Shown: positions 1 to 10,306 of the stretch, one piece after another
Layout of the letters: each line of letters begins with the position of its first letter
Position numbering within the stretch: the stretch's first letter is position 1
Notes under the pieces: model-generated
What the model saw: the letters and a program-made list of their open reading frames with translations, nothing else
Databases searched by the model: none
Told to the model about the DNA's origin: nothing
From: Promethearchaeota archaeon
Lineage (GTDB): Archaea > Asgardarchaeota > Lokiarchaeia > Sigyniarchaeales > SOKP01
Assembly: GCA_030603385.1 (NCBI GenBank)
Contig: JAUVXW010000022.1
Coordinates: forward strand, 1 to 64,000
Reading direction: 5' to 3'
Length of the DNA: 64,000 nucleotides
Made by a program: the position numbers and the translations under genes

Positions 1-137
1 TGGATATTACAGGAGCGATTCTCTTGGGACAGAGTATTGGGCTTATTCAAAGCGTGGAAAATGTCAAAAAAATCGTTGATGAAATAGTTGATGATGCAGA
101 AAAACGCTTGAGACATGCTTATGGATTTTTAAAATAA
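1..137 (+). CDS. 3' end of nitronate monooxygenase / FabK-like flavoprotein (partial)
   Basis: Frame from nt 3 reads DITGAILLGQSIGLIQSVENVKKIVDEIVDDAEKRL..LK*; GQSxGLI is the typical C-terminal motif of this family. Confidence 0.6.
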   Translation, partial: DITGAILLGQSIGLIQSVENVKKIVDEIVDDAEKRLRHAYGFLK

Positions 138-206
138 GCAATATTTATTTTTTTTTAATTTTTTCTTATATTAGTATTTTTAAAAAAAACTTTGAGAGTG
201 AAAAAG

Positions 207-1370
207 ATGGATGTAAAAAATATTGTTGTAATTGGAGTCGGACTTATGGGTAATGGTATTGCCCAAGTTTCTTTAATGGCAGGATATAACGTAACACTCG
301 TTGATATAAAACAAGATTTCATCGATAAGGCTGTTGAAAGCATTAAAGGTGGTCTAACTAAACTTGAATCAAAGGGAGTATTAAAAGCAGCAGAAATCAT
401 AGCACGAATGAAGACAAATTTAGATCTAGCTTCTGCTGTGAAAGATGCTGATTTGATTATTGAAGCTGTTGTTGAGGATATGGATGTAAAGAAAAAAATA
501 TTCAAAACTTGTGATGACAACGCTCCCCCTCATGCGGTAATTGCCTCAAATACTTCTACAATGTCTATAACTGAAATGGCTTCTGCCACCAATAGAGAGG
601 ATAAATGTATTGGTATGCATTTTTTCAATCCAGCGCCATTAATGAGATTAGTAGAGGTTATTGCTGGTGAGAAATCTTCTGAAGAATCAATGGAGATTGG
701 TGTAAATGTAAGTGAAAGTTTGCCTTGTCTTAGAGGAGACAGATACGTCGCGAAAGTTTTGAAGGATCGACCTGGATTTATTGTAAATAGGTTAAATGCT
801 CCTGGTGGTATCTATATGAATTATCTTCTTGACACTTGCTTAGAAAAAGGAATTTCTTTTGAATCTTTAGATGCTGATTTTGGAAGTCGTGGTCCGATGT
901 CTCCTCTTGTTCTTTCAGACTATACTGGTATTGATACAGGATATCATGTACGCAATTATTATGCAGATACGTTACATGAAGACTTCAGACCTGGAAAAGT
1001 TGTCACTAAAATGTTTAAAGAAGGAAAACATGGTAGAAAATCAGGGCAAGGTTTCTATGATTGGACCAAAGGACGACCGCAGCCTGACTTCTCTAAAATT
1101 GAAAAAGCGGGTTTAGTAAACCCAGGAATTTTTCTAGCTATTAGCTTGAATGAAGGATGTAGGATTTTAGAAGAGGGTATTGCATCTGGATGGAAAATAA
1201 TTGATGATGCTAATATGGCAGGTATGAATGCTCCTGGACCTTTTGAATATGGTATCCAAAACTGGGAAGGACTCGTTAAATTATTAGAAGAATTCTCTGA
1301 AAAAATGGGTAGGGAATACCTTAAACCATGTGATTTGTTTAGAAGTGGAAAATTTGTAGATATGAAATAG
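207..1370 (+). CDS. 3-hydroxyacyl-CoA dehydrogenase family protein
   Basis: GVGLMGNG Rossmann motif, IIEAVVE, ASNTS, GMHFFNPAPLM, PGFIVNR; ATG at 207 preferred over TTG at 192. Confidence 0.92.
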   Translation: MDVKNIVVIGVGLMGNGIAQVSLMAGYNVTLVDIKQDFIDKAVESIKGGLTKLESKGVLKAAEIIARMKTNLDLASAVKDADLIIEAVVEDMDVKKKIFKTCDDNAPPHAVIASNTSTMSITEMASATNREDKCIGMHFFNPAPLMRLVEVIAGEKSSEESMEIGVNVSESLPCLRGDRYVAKVLKDRPGFIVNRLNAPGGIYMNYLLDTCLEKGISFESLDADFGSRGPMSPLVLSDYTGIDTGYHVRNYYADTLHEDFRPGKVVTKMFKEGKHGRKSGQGFYDWTKGRPQPDFSKIEKAGLVNPGIFLAISLNEGCRILEEGIASGWKIIDDANMAGMNAPGPFEYGIQNWEGLVKLLEEFSEKMGREYLKPCDLFRSGKFVDMK

Positions 1371-1421
1371 TTTATATTTTTCCTTTTTTTTTTATTTAAT
1401 TATAACTTTTAGTTTTTAATT

Positions 1422-2645
1422 ATGTCAAAAGAGAATAAAGAACAATCTGACAGTGTAGACCCCATAAATGTAATTTCCTTTGAGGTGACCTTTGATAACC
1501 CAATTAAAGATGTGCATACAGCAAGGGCGCCTTTATCTAGCTGTGGTTGGATTGATACAACTGAGGGAGTTGTGCTTATTGATACATTATTAGCTAAACG
1601 CTGGGCTAAACAAGTTAAAGAACGAATCAAAGATAAAATTAAATATCTAATTTACACACATGGTCATATGGACCATATGCTTGCGGCACCAGTATTCATG
1701 GAGGATAACCCAGAGGTTATCGCAAGTAAATACTTACCTGATCGACTGGATAAATATCAAATGTTAGCCCCATATAAAGCTAGGAAAGATGCTCAACAAT
1801 TTGGTTTCCCTGAAATTATTCCAAAGCTAGATTTAATTTATCCAACTAAAACATTCCTTGGTGATATGACATTTTCATTGGGAGATAAAACTTTTGAACT
1901 TCACACAGCACGAGCAGAAACTGACGATGCGGTGTGGATTTATGTCCCAGAACTCGACGCTGCGTTCATAGGAGATCTGATGATTGGGAGTTTTCCCAAT
2001 ATAGGTAATCCTTGGAAACCTACTCGCTTTGCATTGGATTGGGCAAAAGAGTTAGAAAGAGTAAGGGAATTAAATCCGAAATATATTTTCTATAGTGGAG
2101 GGGGGACTTTTATTGAAGGTGAAAACGCTATAAGAGGTATAAATGATCATATTGAAGTCATTCGCTCTCTACATGATCAAGTAGTTGATCATATCAACAA
2201 GGGAACACACATAACTGAAATGATCCACGAAGTAAAAATACCTGAACACTTAAAAAAAAGTCCCTTTCTTCAGGCAAGCTATTCAAGACCAGAATTTTTC
2301 GCGTTTAATTGTTATAGGTGGTACCACGGATATTTTGACGGTAACATTACCCATCTTTTACCGAGACCAGAAAAAGAGGTTATGGGAGAATTATACAATC
2401 TTATAGGAGACCCTGAAAAAATCATAAAGAGAGCAAAAGAGCTCTTAGAGCAAGATCAAGCTCAACTTGCATTAGAAGTCTTAGATGTTTTAATTCAAGC
2501 AGATCCAGAAAATATTGAAGCAAAAAAGATGAGAATTAAACTCCTTGAAAAGATTGGCAAAGATGATTATTGTTTAATGTCTCGAAATGCATGGGTTTAC
2601 TTTATTAATAAGGATAAAGATTTTATTAAGTCAAAGGAAAAGTAG
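1422..2645 (+). CDS. MBL-fold metallohydrolase, alkyl-sulfatase-like, with dimerisation domain
   Basis: THGHMDH metallo-beta-lactamase motif, AETDD, FPNIGNP, YRWYHGYFDGN. Confidence 0.8.
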   Translation: MSKENKEQSDSVDPINVISFEVTFDNPIKDVHTARAPLSSCGWIDTTEGVVLIDTLLAKRWAKQVKERIKDKIKYLIYTHGHMDHMLAAPVFMEDNPEVIASKYLPDRLDKYQMLAPYKARKDAQQFGFPEIIPKLDLIYPTKTFLGDMTFSLGDKTFELHTARAETDDAVWIYVPELDAAFIGDLMIGSFPNIGNPWKPTRFALDWAKELERVRELNPKYIFYSGGGTFIEGENAIRGINDHIEVIRSLHDQVVDHINKGTHITEMIHEVKIPEHLKKSPFLQASYSRPEFFAFNCYRWYHGYFDGNITHLLPRPEKEVMGELYNLIGDPEKIIKRAKELLEQDQAQLALEVLDVLIQADPENIEAKKMRIKLLEKIGKDDYCLMSRNAWVYFINKDKDFIKSKEK

Positions 2646-2778
2646 CAAATTAAAGCTTAATTCTTTCCATTTTTTTTCTTTACTGAGCCTTTTAAAGACA
2701 GTTGTTTATATGTTTGTCGACTGTCAAAATAATAGAAAAGAGAAATTTTATTTCTCCTAATTTAAAGTCATGTACCTC

Positions 2779-3978
2779 TTATATTTCCTGGAAAGAAGCA
2801 TCTGATTGTTCCTTTCTAAGTCTCTTAAAGATATCAGTGACTATTTTTTCGACATATTGGCGTCTTTCAGAGGTTTCTACATATGGATTAGCAATTTTTC
2901 CAGCTTTTTCAAGTTCGTCTGCTTCTTCCTTAGACAAGATTATGTTATCACCATTTTCTTTGGTCACAACACAACCCGAATTTGTTAATATACGATAATT
3001 TTCAGCAGTTTCATCGTGATCGCCCGAACAAATCAATTGGCAGTTTCCACATGTTAGAATGAAGTTTTCTGTAAATGTATTTGATGCAATCTCCCCTGAT
3101 GAAATATATTCTTGAGCGATTTTATCATTTATTAATTTAGACTCAGCATAACTCCCCTCCTCGCCTACAACACGTAAATTTTTTACAGGATGGGTGAATA
3201 GGTGAGCAAAAGTTCCATCCGCATCTTCTTCTGTTTCGGGGTAAGGTGTTCGACCAGGAGACCATGTAGACCATTTTCTGGTTTTATCCAAGCCTGATAA
3301 TCCCCCACATACAGCATAACAGGAAGATAAATTATTTCGCTTTGAAAATGAAAAGGTATACCCTCCAAGAGCGTATGAATCCTCTTCTTTTTTATCAAAC
3401 ATCCTAAAAGCGCAGACTTGAACGCAGAGTTTACATTTATCACAGGGTGATTCTTCGGGTGGGATAGGATCTGTGGGTTCTAATTTCGCAGAAGTTACAA
3501 GAGCACCTAATAAAACAGCAGCGCCATATCCTTTTACAAGTATATTACCAGACCAACCGATTGAACCAACACCTGAACGGGCTGCAACCAATCTAAGAGC
3601 GAGAAGTGGTGGTAATTTCGTCCGCCAATCAGGCACATCCTCACGATATTTGAAGTTGTTAATGACTGGAGCAGATTTATATCCCTTTTCCTCTAAGAAA
3701 TCAGCAGCAACTTTTGCATATTTATATGCCTTTAAGTATGCATCTCCATTATCAATTACATGATCAAAACGTCCCCTAGGAAGTTCTTTTCCCAAATAAG
3801 GACGTATTTTTGGCTTCTCCAACGGAACAGCAAAACAGATTGCAGTTTCTGCTTCCGGAAGTATATAAGTCATATCCGTAGTAGGGGGTCCTCCTTCTAG
3901 TGTTCTCTTTGTGGCAAATCCTACACTCACAGCCCCCTGCTCTAATAAAAATTTTTCAATTTCTTCATTTAGATTAAT
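2779..3978 (-). CDS. Epoxyqueuosine reductase / reductive dehalogenase-like Fe-S (cobalamin) protein
   Basis: AARSGVGSIGWSG, CDKCKLCVQVC ferredoxin motif, CYAVCGG, CGNCQLIC. Frame extends upstream of GTG 3930 to ATT 3978 (NLNEEIEKFLLEQGAVSVGFA), 7 nt after GGTGA. Confidence 0.7.
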   Translation of the reverse strand: MNLNEEIEKFLLEQGAVSVGFATKRTLEGGPPTTDMTYILPEAETAICFAVPLEKPKIRPYLGKELPRGRFDHVIDNGDAYLKAYKYAKVAADFLEEKGYKSAPVINNFKYREDVPDWRTKLPPLLALRLVAARSGVGSIGWSGNILVKGYGAAVLLGALVTSAKLEPTDPIPPEESPCDKCKLCVQVCAFRMFDKKEEDSYALGGYTFSFSKRNNLSSCYAVCGGLSGLDKTRKWSTWSPGRTPYPETEEDADGTFAHLFTHPVKNLRVVGEEGSYAESKLINDKIAQEYISSGEIASNTFTENFILTCGNCQLICSGDHDETAENYRILTNSGCVVTKENGDNIILSKEEADELEKAGKIANPYVETSERRQYVEKIVTDIFKRLRKEQSDASFQEI

Positions 3979-4157
3979 AGTTTTATCACCAATTATCCCC
4001 TTTAAAGGGTATTTAATATTAATTCATTTTTTTTTTTAAAATACTTTTTCATTATTTTATGAAGTGTAAACCTTTCTTGACATTCATGAGATAAAATCAC
4101 AAACTTAAGATAATATTAAGTTTTTCACTAAATATCACGTATATTTAAACTTGTTAT

Positions 4158-5210
4158 TTGCCGGTGATCACTATAAAACCTATGAACAAATTTAAAACCT
4201 ATAAGTTTGACGCAGCTCCCTTTTTCTTTTTTATTGATATTTTCCCTCCGGACTATTCCAACATAAATAAACCAAATTTGGCTAACATAATCAGTTCTAT
4301 AGGAACCAATCCAATTATGCCCCAACCAATGAGAGTTGATCGAGTATTCAATGGTGAAAGATCAGTTTTAATACGACCTAGAGAACCGATTTCATTTCCA
4401 ATAACCGAAGATCTTACAGCTATAATCGATCCTCTTCAATTTCTTAAATTTGGATTTGAAAAATTATTATATTTTACTGAGGTTCGTTCTCGCGAGGAAT
4501 TCTTTTTATCTCTTTCCCAAGAACGAGTATCAAAATGGTGGGAATTCACAAAGTATCTTCATGGAAATCTACCCACTTTAGAAGAAGATTTCTCTGCTTT
4601 TTTGAGAGCTTATTTACACACTATCGTTAAAGCAAAAATACTTGAAGACGATCTCATAGACGCTGCAAAAGATTATTGTCAATTAATTTCAGATATAAGT
4701 AGGAAACGATTTGAACAAAATTCCATTCTTGTTGACATAGAAGGAAAGCAAGAAACTGTGAAAATGTATAAAGTAAAAGAATATACATATTATAGAAAAC
4801 TTAAAAAATCAAAAGAAACTGAATATCACCCTGAGTTAATAGATATTGAAATTTACGATCTCTCAAACATAGGCTTTATAACAGAAAAAAATGATCGAGC
4901 TAGCTTATTGAATGGTTTAGATAATAAGATAATAAAATATATTCCACTTCTATTTTATGATGATTTACTTGAGTGCATGCTTCAAAATATAAAAAAACTT
5001 GAAGAAGGTGATAAGGACATTATAGATCCTTCTTTTCTTTTAGACAACGGAGTTATAATTACACAAAACTCAAAAGATTTAGAGAAAATCAACATGGGGG
5101 ACTATTCATGGTGGAACAGTTTTGATACTATTAATTTTAAGCCAATCTTAGAATCCATTAGAAAAACTCATGAACAATTTATTCTTAATTTAGATATTGA
5201 GAAATTTTAA
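4158..5210 (+). CDS. hypothetical protein
   Basis: 350-aa open frame with protein-like composition, no recognised motif; start uncertain. Confidence 0.7.
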   Translation: MPVITIKPMNKFKTYKFDAAPFFFFIDIFPPDYSNINKPNLANIISSIGTNPIMPQPMRVDRVFNGERSVLIRPREPISFPITEDLTAIIDPLQFLKFGFEKLLYFTEVRSREEFFLSLSQERVSKWWEFTKYLHGNLPTLEEDFSAFLRAYLHTIVKAKILEDDLIDAAKDYCQLISDISRKRFEQNSILVDIEGKQETVKMYKVKEYTYYRKLKKSKETEYHPELIDIEIYDLSNIGFITEKNDRASLLNGLDNKIIKYIPLLFYDDLLECMLQNIKKLEEGDKDIIDPSFLLDNGVIITQNSKDLEKINMGDYSWWNSFDTINFKPILESIRKTHEQFILNLDIEKF

Positions 5211-5381
5211 ATTCTAATCAACGAAAAGAAATCTTAATATATTTTATACTAATTTAACGCCGTTAATTAAAAATTAACTTTAAAGTTAGAGTTTATTTAA
5301 CTCGTTAATAAACAATCTTAAAAAACATAATTATTTATTTATATTTTAAGAATGTATGAGAAGCTTATAACAATTTTGTAA

Positions 5382-6518
5382 ATGTTGTATAAGAAGGAAA
5401 GACCAGCAATTTTAATGTTTCAAGATGGTCGTTATTTTAGAGGTGTAGGATTCGGAGCAATTAAGAAAGTTACAGGAGAACTAGTTTTTAATACAATGAC
5501 AGGTGCGGGTTACAACGAAGCTTTGAGCGATCCCTCCTATCAAGGTCAAATAGTAACAATGACACACCCTCTTGTTGGAAATTATGGCGTTCCATCATGG
5601 GAAAAGGACATTTACGGCATTTATAAACATTTTGAATCAGATTCCATTAAAGTTTCTGGCTTTGTAGTTAATGAATGTTGTAAAAACCCCAATCATTATG
5701 AGAGTGTAAAAACTTTAGATGAGTTTCTTCGCGAGGAAGATATACCTGGAATTGAATGGGTAGATACCAGGGCAATAACAAAAATTTTGAGAGAAGAGGG
5801 TGTTCAAGTAGGATTACTCTCTGTATTTAACTCAGGAGAAGAACCTAATATTGATCAATTAAAAGAAGAAGTTAAAAAAGCAGAAGATCCTAACCTAAGA
5901 CTGTTAGCAAGTGAAGTCTCAACAAAAGAAGTAAAAATTTATAGTCAACCTAACCCGATTGGAAAAGTTGTTGTCTTAGATATGGGTGCTAAATTAAATA
6001 TATTACGGAATTTTGCAAAAAGAAGATTAGAAATTATAGTTGTGCCGTATAACCATTCATATGAGCAAATTATGGAATACAACCCAAATGGAGTCTTTAT
6101 TTCAAATGGTCCTGGAGATCCTGCAATGTATAAAAGGGCAATTGAGGTTTGTAGAAATTTGATTAAGAACAATATTCCAACTTTCGGAATTTGCTTAGGA
6201 AATCAAATTATTGGGTTAGCTGCTGGAGGAACTTCTTACAAGTTAAAATACGGGCATAGAGGCGGGAATAAAACAGTCATAAATACTGAAACTAATCACT
6301 GTTATATTACCTCTCAAAATCATGGTTTTTGTGTGAAAGATTTTGAAATTGGCGGTTTTAAAGAATTTTTAAGAAATATTGATGATCAATCTAATGAAGG
6401 ATTAATTCATGAAAGTAAACCTGTTTTTGCTGTACAATTCCATCCCGAAGCTTGTCCTGGTCCTCTAGACTCTTTATATTTATTTGATAAATTTATGGAA
6501 GTAATGGAGTTGAAATAA
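5382..6518 (+). CDS. carA: carbamoyl-phosphate synthase small subunit
   Basis: GELVFNT, DPSYQGQI, SNGPGDP, GICLG (catalytic Cys), SQNHGF, QFHPEA. Confidence 0.97.
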   Translation: MLYKKERPAILMFQDGRYFRGVGFGAIKKVTGELVFNTMTGAGYNEALSDPSYQGQIVTMTHPLVGNYGVPSWEKDIYGIYKHFESDSIKVSGFVVNECCKNPNHYESVKTLDEFLREEDIPGIEWVDTRAITKILREEGVQVGLLSVFNSGEEPNIDQLKEEVKKAEDPNLRLLASEVSTKEVKIYSQPNPIGKVVVLDMGAKLNILRNFAKRRLEIIVVPYNHSYEQIMEYNPNGVFISNGPGDPAMYKRAIEVCRNLIKNNIPTFGICLGNQIIGLAAGGTSYKLKYGHRGGNKTVINTETNHCYITSQNHGFCVKDFEIGGFKEFLRNIDDQSNEGLIHESKPVFAVQFHPEACPGPLDSLYLFDKFMEVMELK

Positions 6519-6520
6519 AA

Positions 6521-9500
6521 TTGCCATTAGATAAGAGTATAAAAAAAGCATTGGTATTAGGATCCGGTGGTATAAAAATAGGTCAAGCTGGAGAATTTGA
6601 TTATACCGGAACTCAAGTACTAAAAGCTTTAAAAGAAGAAGGGATTACAACAATTTTAATTAACCCTAATATAGCTTCGGTGCAGACTGACCCTCAATTA
6701 TCAGATTGCGTTTATTTATTACCTATAAATATTAAATATGTAGAAGAAGTCATTAAAAAGGAGAAACCTGACGGCATTTTATTATCTTTTGGTGGTCAAA
6801 CTGCCTTAAATGTTGGTGTTGAATTAAATGAAGCAGGTATCTTAGAAAAGTATAAATTGAGAGTGTTAGGAACTCCAATAGATGCCATTGAAGCAACAGA
6901 AGATCGTGATTTGTTTATTAAAGCAATGGAAGAATCTAATGTTAAGGTATGTAAAAGTTATGCTGTAAATTCTTATCCTGAGGCGTTAAAAGCTGTTAAG
7001 GAGATTGGATTTCCATGTATGATACGAGTAGCATATACTTTAGGTGGAAGAGGATCAGGTATAGTTAATAATATGAAAGATTTCGAAAGAATGGCAAAGA
7101 AAGGTTTAGCTCAATCAAGAATAAATCAGATTCTAATTGAAGAGAGTATATGGGGGTGGAAAGAAATTGAATATGAAGTTGTACGAGATTCTGAAGATAA
7201 CTGTTTTATTAACTGTAACATGGAAAACTTTGATCCCGTCGGCATTCACACAGGAGAATCGCTTGTTGTAAGTCCTAGCCAAACTCTTACAAATGAGGAA
7301 TATCAAATGCTTAGATCCGCTTCCATTCGGGTTATACGAAACCTTGGTATTATAGGGGAATGTAACATTCAATATGGATTAGATCCATTTTCAAAAGAGT
7401 TCCGCGCAATAGAAGTAAATGCTCGGCTTTCAAGATCATCAGCACTTGCTTCTAAAGCCACGGGATACCCATTAGCATATATAGCAGCAAAACTAGCAAT
7501 AGGGTACACATTACCGGAATTAAAGAACAAAATTACTGGAATTACAACAGCTTGTTTCGAACCAGCATTAGATTATTTAGTACTTAAGATTCCTAGATGG
7601 GATCTCACAAAATTTCAAAAAGTGGACCGTCGTTTAGGGAGTCAAATGAAATCTGTTGGAGAAGTAATGGCAATTGGCAGAACTTTTGAAGAAGTTCTTC
7701 AGAAAGCCCTTAGGATGTTAGACATCGGTATGAAAGGATTTGTAGCTAATGATTTAGAACCTATTGAGGACATCAATGAATTAAAATATGCATTAAGAAA
7801 TCCAACTGATTTAAGAGTGTTCAGAATTGCTGAGGCAATAAAAAGAGGAATTTCTTTAGATGAAATATATCGCCTTTCAAGAATTGATAAATGGTTTTTA
7901 CATAAACTAAAAAATATTATTGATATCGAAGGCAACCTCGAGCATCTTGATTTATTAGAATCTAAAGATCTTGAAAAAAGTTATTGGTTAGAAAGAGCAA
8001 AAAGATTTGGATTCTCTGATGGACAGATTGGTAAGATTATGGGCGTCGATACAATTTTTATAAGACAAATGAGAAAAAAATTAGGAATCCATCCATATGT
8101 AAAAAGAATTGATACTTTAGCCGCTGAATGGCCAGCAGTAACTAATTACTTATATCTTACCTATAGTGCATCTGAACATGATATAGATTTCGAAAAAGAA
8201 AACAATTCAAACTTAAATAAAGTAATAGTATTAGGTTCAGGAACTTATCGTATTGGAGCTTCAGTAGAGTTTGATTGGGGATCTGTTAATTGCTTATGGG
8301 GGATTAAGAAACTGGGTGTAGATCAAGCTATTATGATTAATTTCAATCCTGAGACAGTTTCCACTGATTGGGACACATCTGATAAGCTTTACTTCGAGGA
8401 GATTAGCGGAGAAAGAGTACTGGATATATGTGAACTTGAAAAACCAACTGGAATTGTAGTATCCGCAGGGGGTCAGATCGCCAACAACTTAGCAACAAAA
8501 ATCACTAAATATTCTGAATTTTTTAGAAAAACTAACTTAAAAATACTCGGTACTCATGGTTCCCGTATAGATATGGCGGAAGATAGAAGTAAGTTTAGTG
8601 CTTTACTGGATCAACTCGAGATAAGGCAACCAGAATGGAACGCATTGACAAATGAAGAAGAAGCTTTAGAATTTGCTAGAAAAGTAGGTTACCCCGTTTT
8701 GGTTAGACCCTCATATGTATTAAGTGGTGCCGCCATGAGAGTATGTTATGATGAAAAAACGCTCAGAGATACTCTTGATCTTGCAGCTTCGGTTTCAAGG
8801 GAATATCCTATAGTAATAACTAAGTTTTTTATAGATGCTAGAGAAATTGAATGTGATGGTATATCTGATGGTGATAATGTATTGATAGGCGCTATTGTCG
8901 AACACATAGAAAATGCGGGAATTCACAGTGGAGATGCCACTATGGTAATTCCACCTCAAACAGTTCCTAAAAATGTTATAGATACAATTGAAAACTATAC
9001 TAAACAAATTGCTTTAGCACTTAAAATACATGGACCTTTTAATGTCCAATATTTAGTAAAGAATGGAAATGTTTTTGTGATTGAATGTAATTTACGCTCA
9101 AGCCGTAGCATGCCGTATGTGTCAAAAACTAGAGGGATTAACCTAATGAGATTAGCAGCAGAGGTAATAATGGGTAATAAAATTCCTGAAAGACTCCTTA
9201 ACCTTCCTTATGGAAACTATGTTGGGATTAAAGCACCAATGTTTTCCTTTATGAGGTTAGATAAGGCGGATTTCAGACTTGGTGTTGAAATGGCATCAAC
9301 TGGTGAAATAGGAATTATTGGAGAGGATTTCCAAGATGCACTAATAAAGGCTTTAGAAGCTACAGAAATGTATATTCCTGTTGAAGGAGGGAATATTTTA
9401 ATTTCTATAGGAGGAGAAGAATTGAAGAAACAAGTGATACCACTTGCCAAAAAACTGAAAAGTCTAGGTTTTAGCATTTTTGCCACAGAAGATACTGCTA

Positions 9501-9832
9501 TTGCCCTAAATAAAAGTGGAATTGAAGCGGTAAAATTATATAAAGTTCATGAATTTGGAAGAGAACCCAACATAATGGCGTGCTTGCAGGAAGGGCATAT
9601 AGATATGGTAATCAATATCCCAATGCCAACAACAGTGGAAGAAGAATTTAGAACTATCATTGAAGATGAATATAAAATAAGAAGAATGGCTGTAGATTAT
9701 AATATTCCTGTGATAATTAATCTACAACTTGCTAGAGCTGTAGTAGATGCGATAGAAAATGTTAGAAAAAAGAAAGTAGAAATAAAATCTTTAAATGAAT
9801 ATCATAAGACTTTAAAAGAAGTATATTGGTAA
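6521..9832 (+). CDS. carB: carbamoyl-phosphate synthase large subunit
   Basis: LGSGGIKIGQAGEFDY, two ATP-grasp domains, C-terminal MGS-like domain; follows carA. Confidence 0.98.
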   Translation: MPLDKSIKKALVLGSGGIKIGQAGEFDYTGTQVLKALKEEGITTILINPNIASVQTDPQLSDCVYLLPINIKYVEEVIKKEKPDGILLSFGGQTALNVGVELNEAGILEKYKLRVLGTPIDAIEATEDRDLFIKAMEESNVKVCKSYAVNSYPEALKAVKEIGFPCMIRVAYTLGGRGSGIVNNMKDFERMAKKGLAQSRINQILIEESIWGWKEIEYEVVRDSEDNCFINCNMENFDPVGIHTGESLVVSPSQTLTNEEYQMLRSASIRVIRNLGIIGECNIQYGLDPFSKEFRAIEVNARLSRSSALASKATGYPLAYIAAKLAIGYTLPELKNKITGITTACFEPALDYLVLKIPRWDLTKFQKVDRRLGSQMKSVGEVMAIGRTFEEVLQKALRMLDIGMKGFVANDLEPIEDINELKYALRNPTDLRVFRIAEAIKRGISLDEIYRLSRIDKWFLHKLKNIIDIEGNLEHLDLLESKDLEKSYWLERAKRFGFSDGQIGKIMGVDTIFIRQMRKKLGIHPYVKRIDTLAAEWPAVTNYLYLTYSASEHDIDFEKENNSNLNKVIVLGSGTYRIGASVEFDWGSVNCLWGIKKLGVDQAIMINFNPETVSTDWDTSDKLYFEEISGERVLDICELEKPTGIVVSAGGQIANNLATKITKYSEFFRKTNLKILGTHGSRIDMAEDRSKFSALLDQLEIRQPEWNALTNEEEALEFARKVGYPVLVRPSYVLSGAAMRVCYDEKTLRDTLDLAASVSREYPIVITKFFIDAREIECDGISDGDNVLIGAIVEHIENAGIHSGDATMVIPPQTVPKNVIDTIENYTKQIALALKIHGPFNVQYLVKNGNVFVIECNLRSSRSMPYVSKTRGINLMRLAAEVIMGNKIPERLLNLPYGNYVGIKAPMFSFMRLDKADFRLGVEMASTGEIGIIGEDFQDALIKALEATEMYIPVEGGNILISIGGEELKKQVIPLAKKLKSLGFSIFATEDTAIALNKSGIEAVKLYKVHEFGREPNIMACLQEGHIDMVINIPMPTTVEEEFRTIIEDEYKIRRMAVDYNIPVIINLQLARAVVDAIENVRKKKVEIKSLNEYHKTLKEVYW

Positions 9833-9893
9833 AAGATTCTTTAATAACAATAAAAATAAAAAAAAATTATCCTAATATATAGGTGTCAAATTA

Positions 9894-10178
9894 ATTTATT
9901 ATCGTGGTTATATTCTAATTCGATTGAAAATCATCGGGACTCAATGGAAAGTCACAGAAAAACTAAAAGGCTTAAAATCTAACAACTCAAATGAAGATTG
10001 GGAAATAACTTATGCGACACCTATCTACGGTGGTTGGGACTTAATGGTTGAATGTAGATTTAATAGATTAGAAGATCTAGATAAAATCGTTATTTTCTGC
10101 AGATCTGATAAGGAATTATCTAAGTGGATAGAAGCAACTACGACTCTTATTAGTACCAAGAGGAATTATCCCCCTTAA
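9894..10178 (+). CDS. stand-alone Lrp/AsnC ligand-binding (RAM) domain protein
   Basis: YRGYILIRL...PIYGGWDLMVE...IEATTTLI pattern; N-terminal strand lies upstream of TTG 9924, candidate start ATT 9894 after AGGTG. Confidence 0.6.
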   Translation: MYYRGYILIRLKIIGTQWKVTEKLKGLKSNNSNEDWEITYATPIYGGWDLMVECRFNRLEDLDKIVIFCRSDKELSKWIEATTTLISTKRNYPP

Positions 10179-10306
10179 TTGGATTTATTCTTATTTATTA
10201 TACCTTAATTTCTTAATTTATAACATAAAACTCTATTAATCATCAAATATTTCAAATAAAATAATTTGAGAGATTTTTTTTTTATTAAATAAGGCAATAG
10301 TAATCG

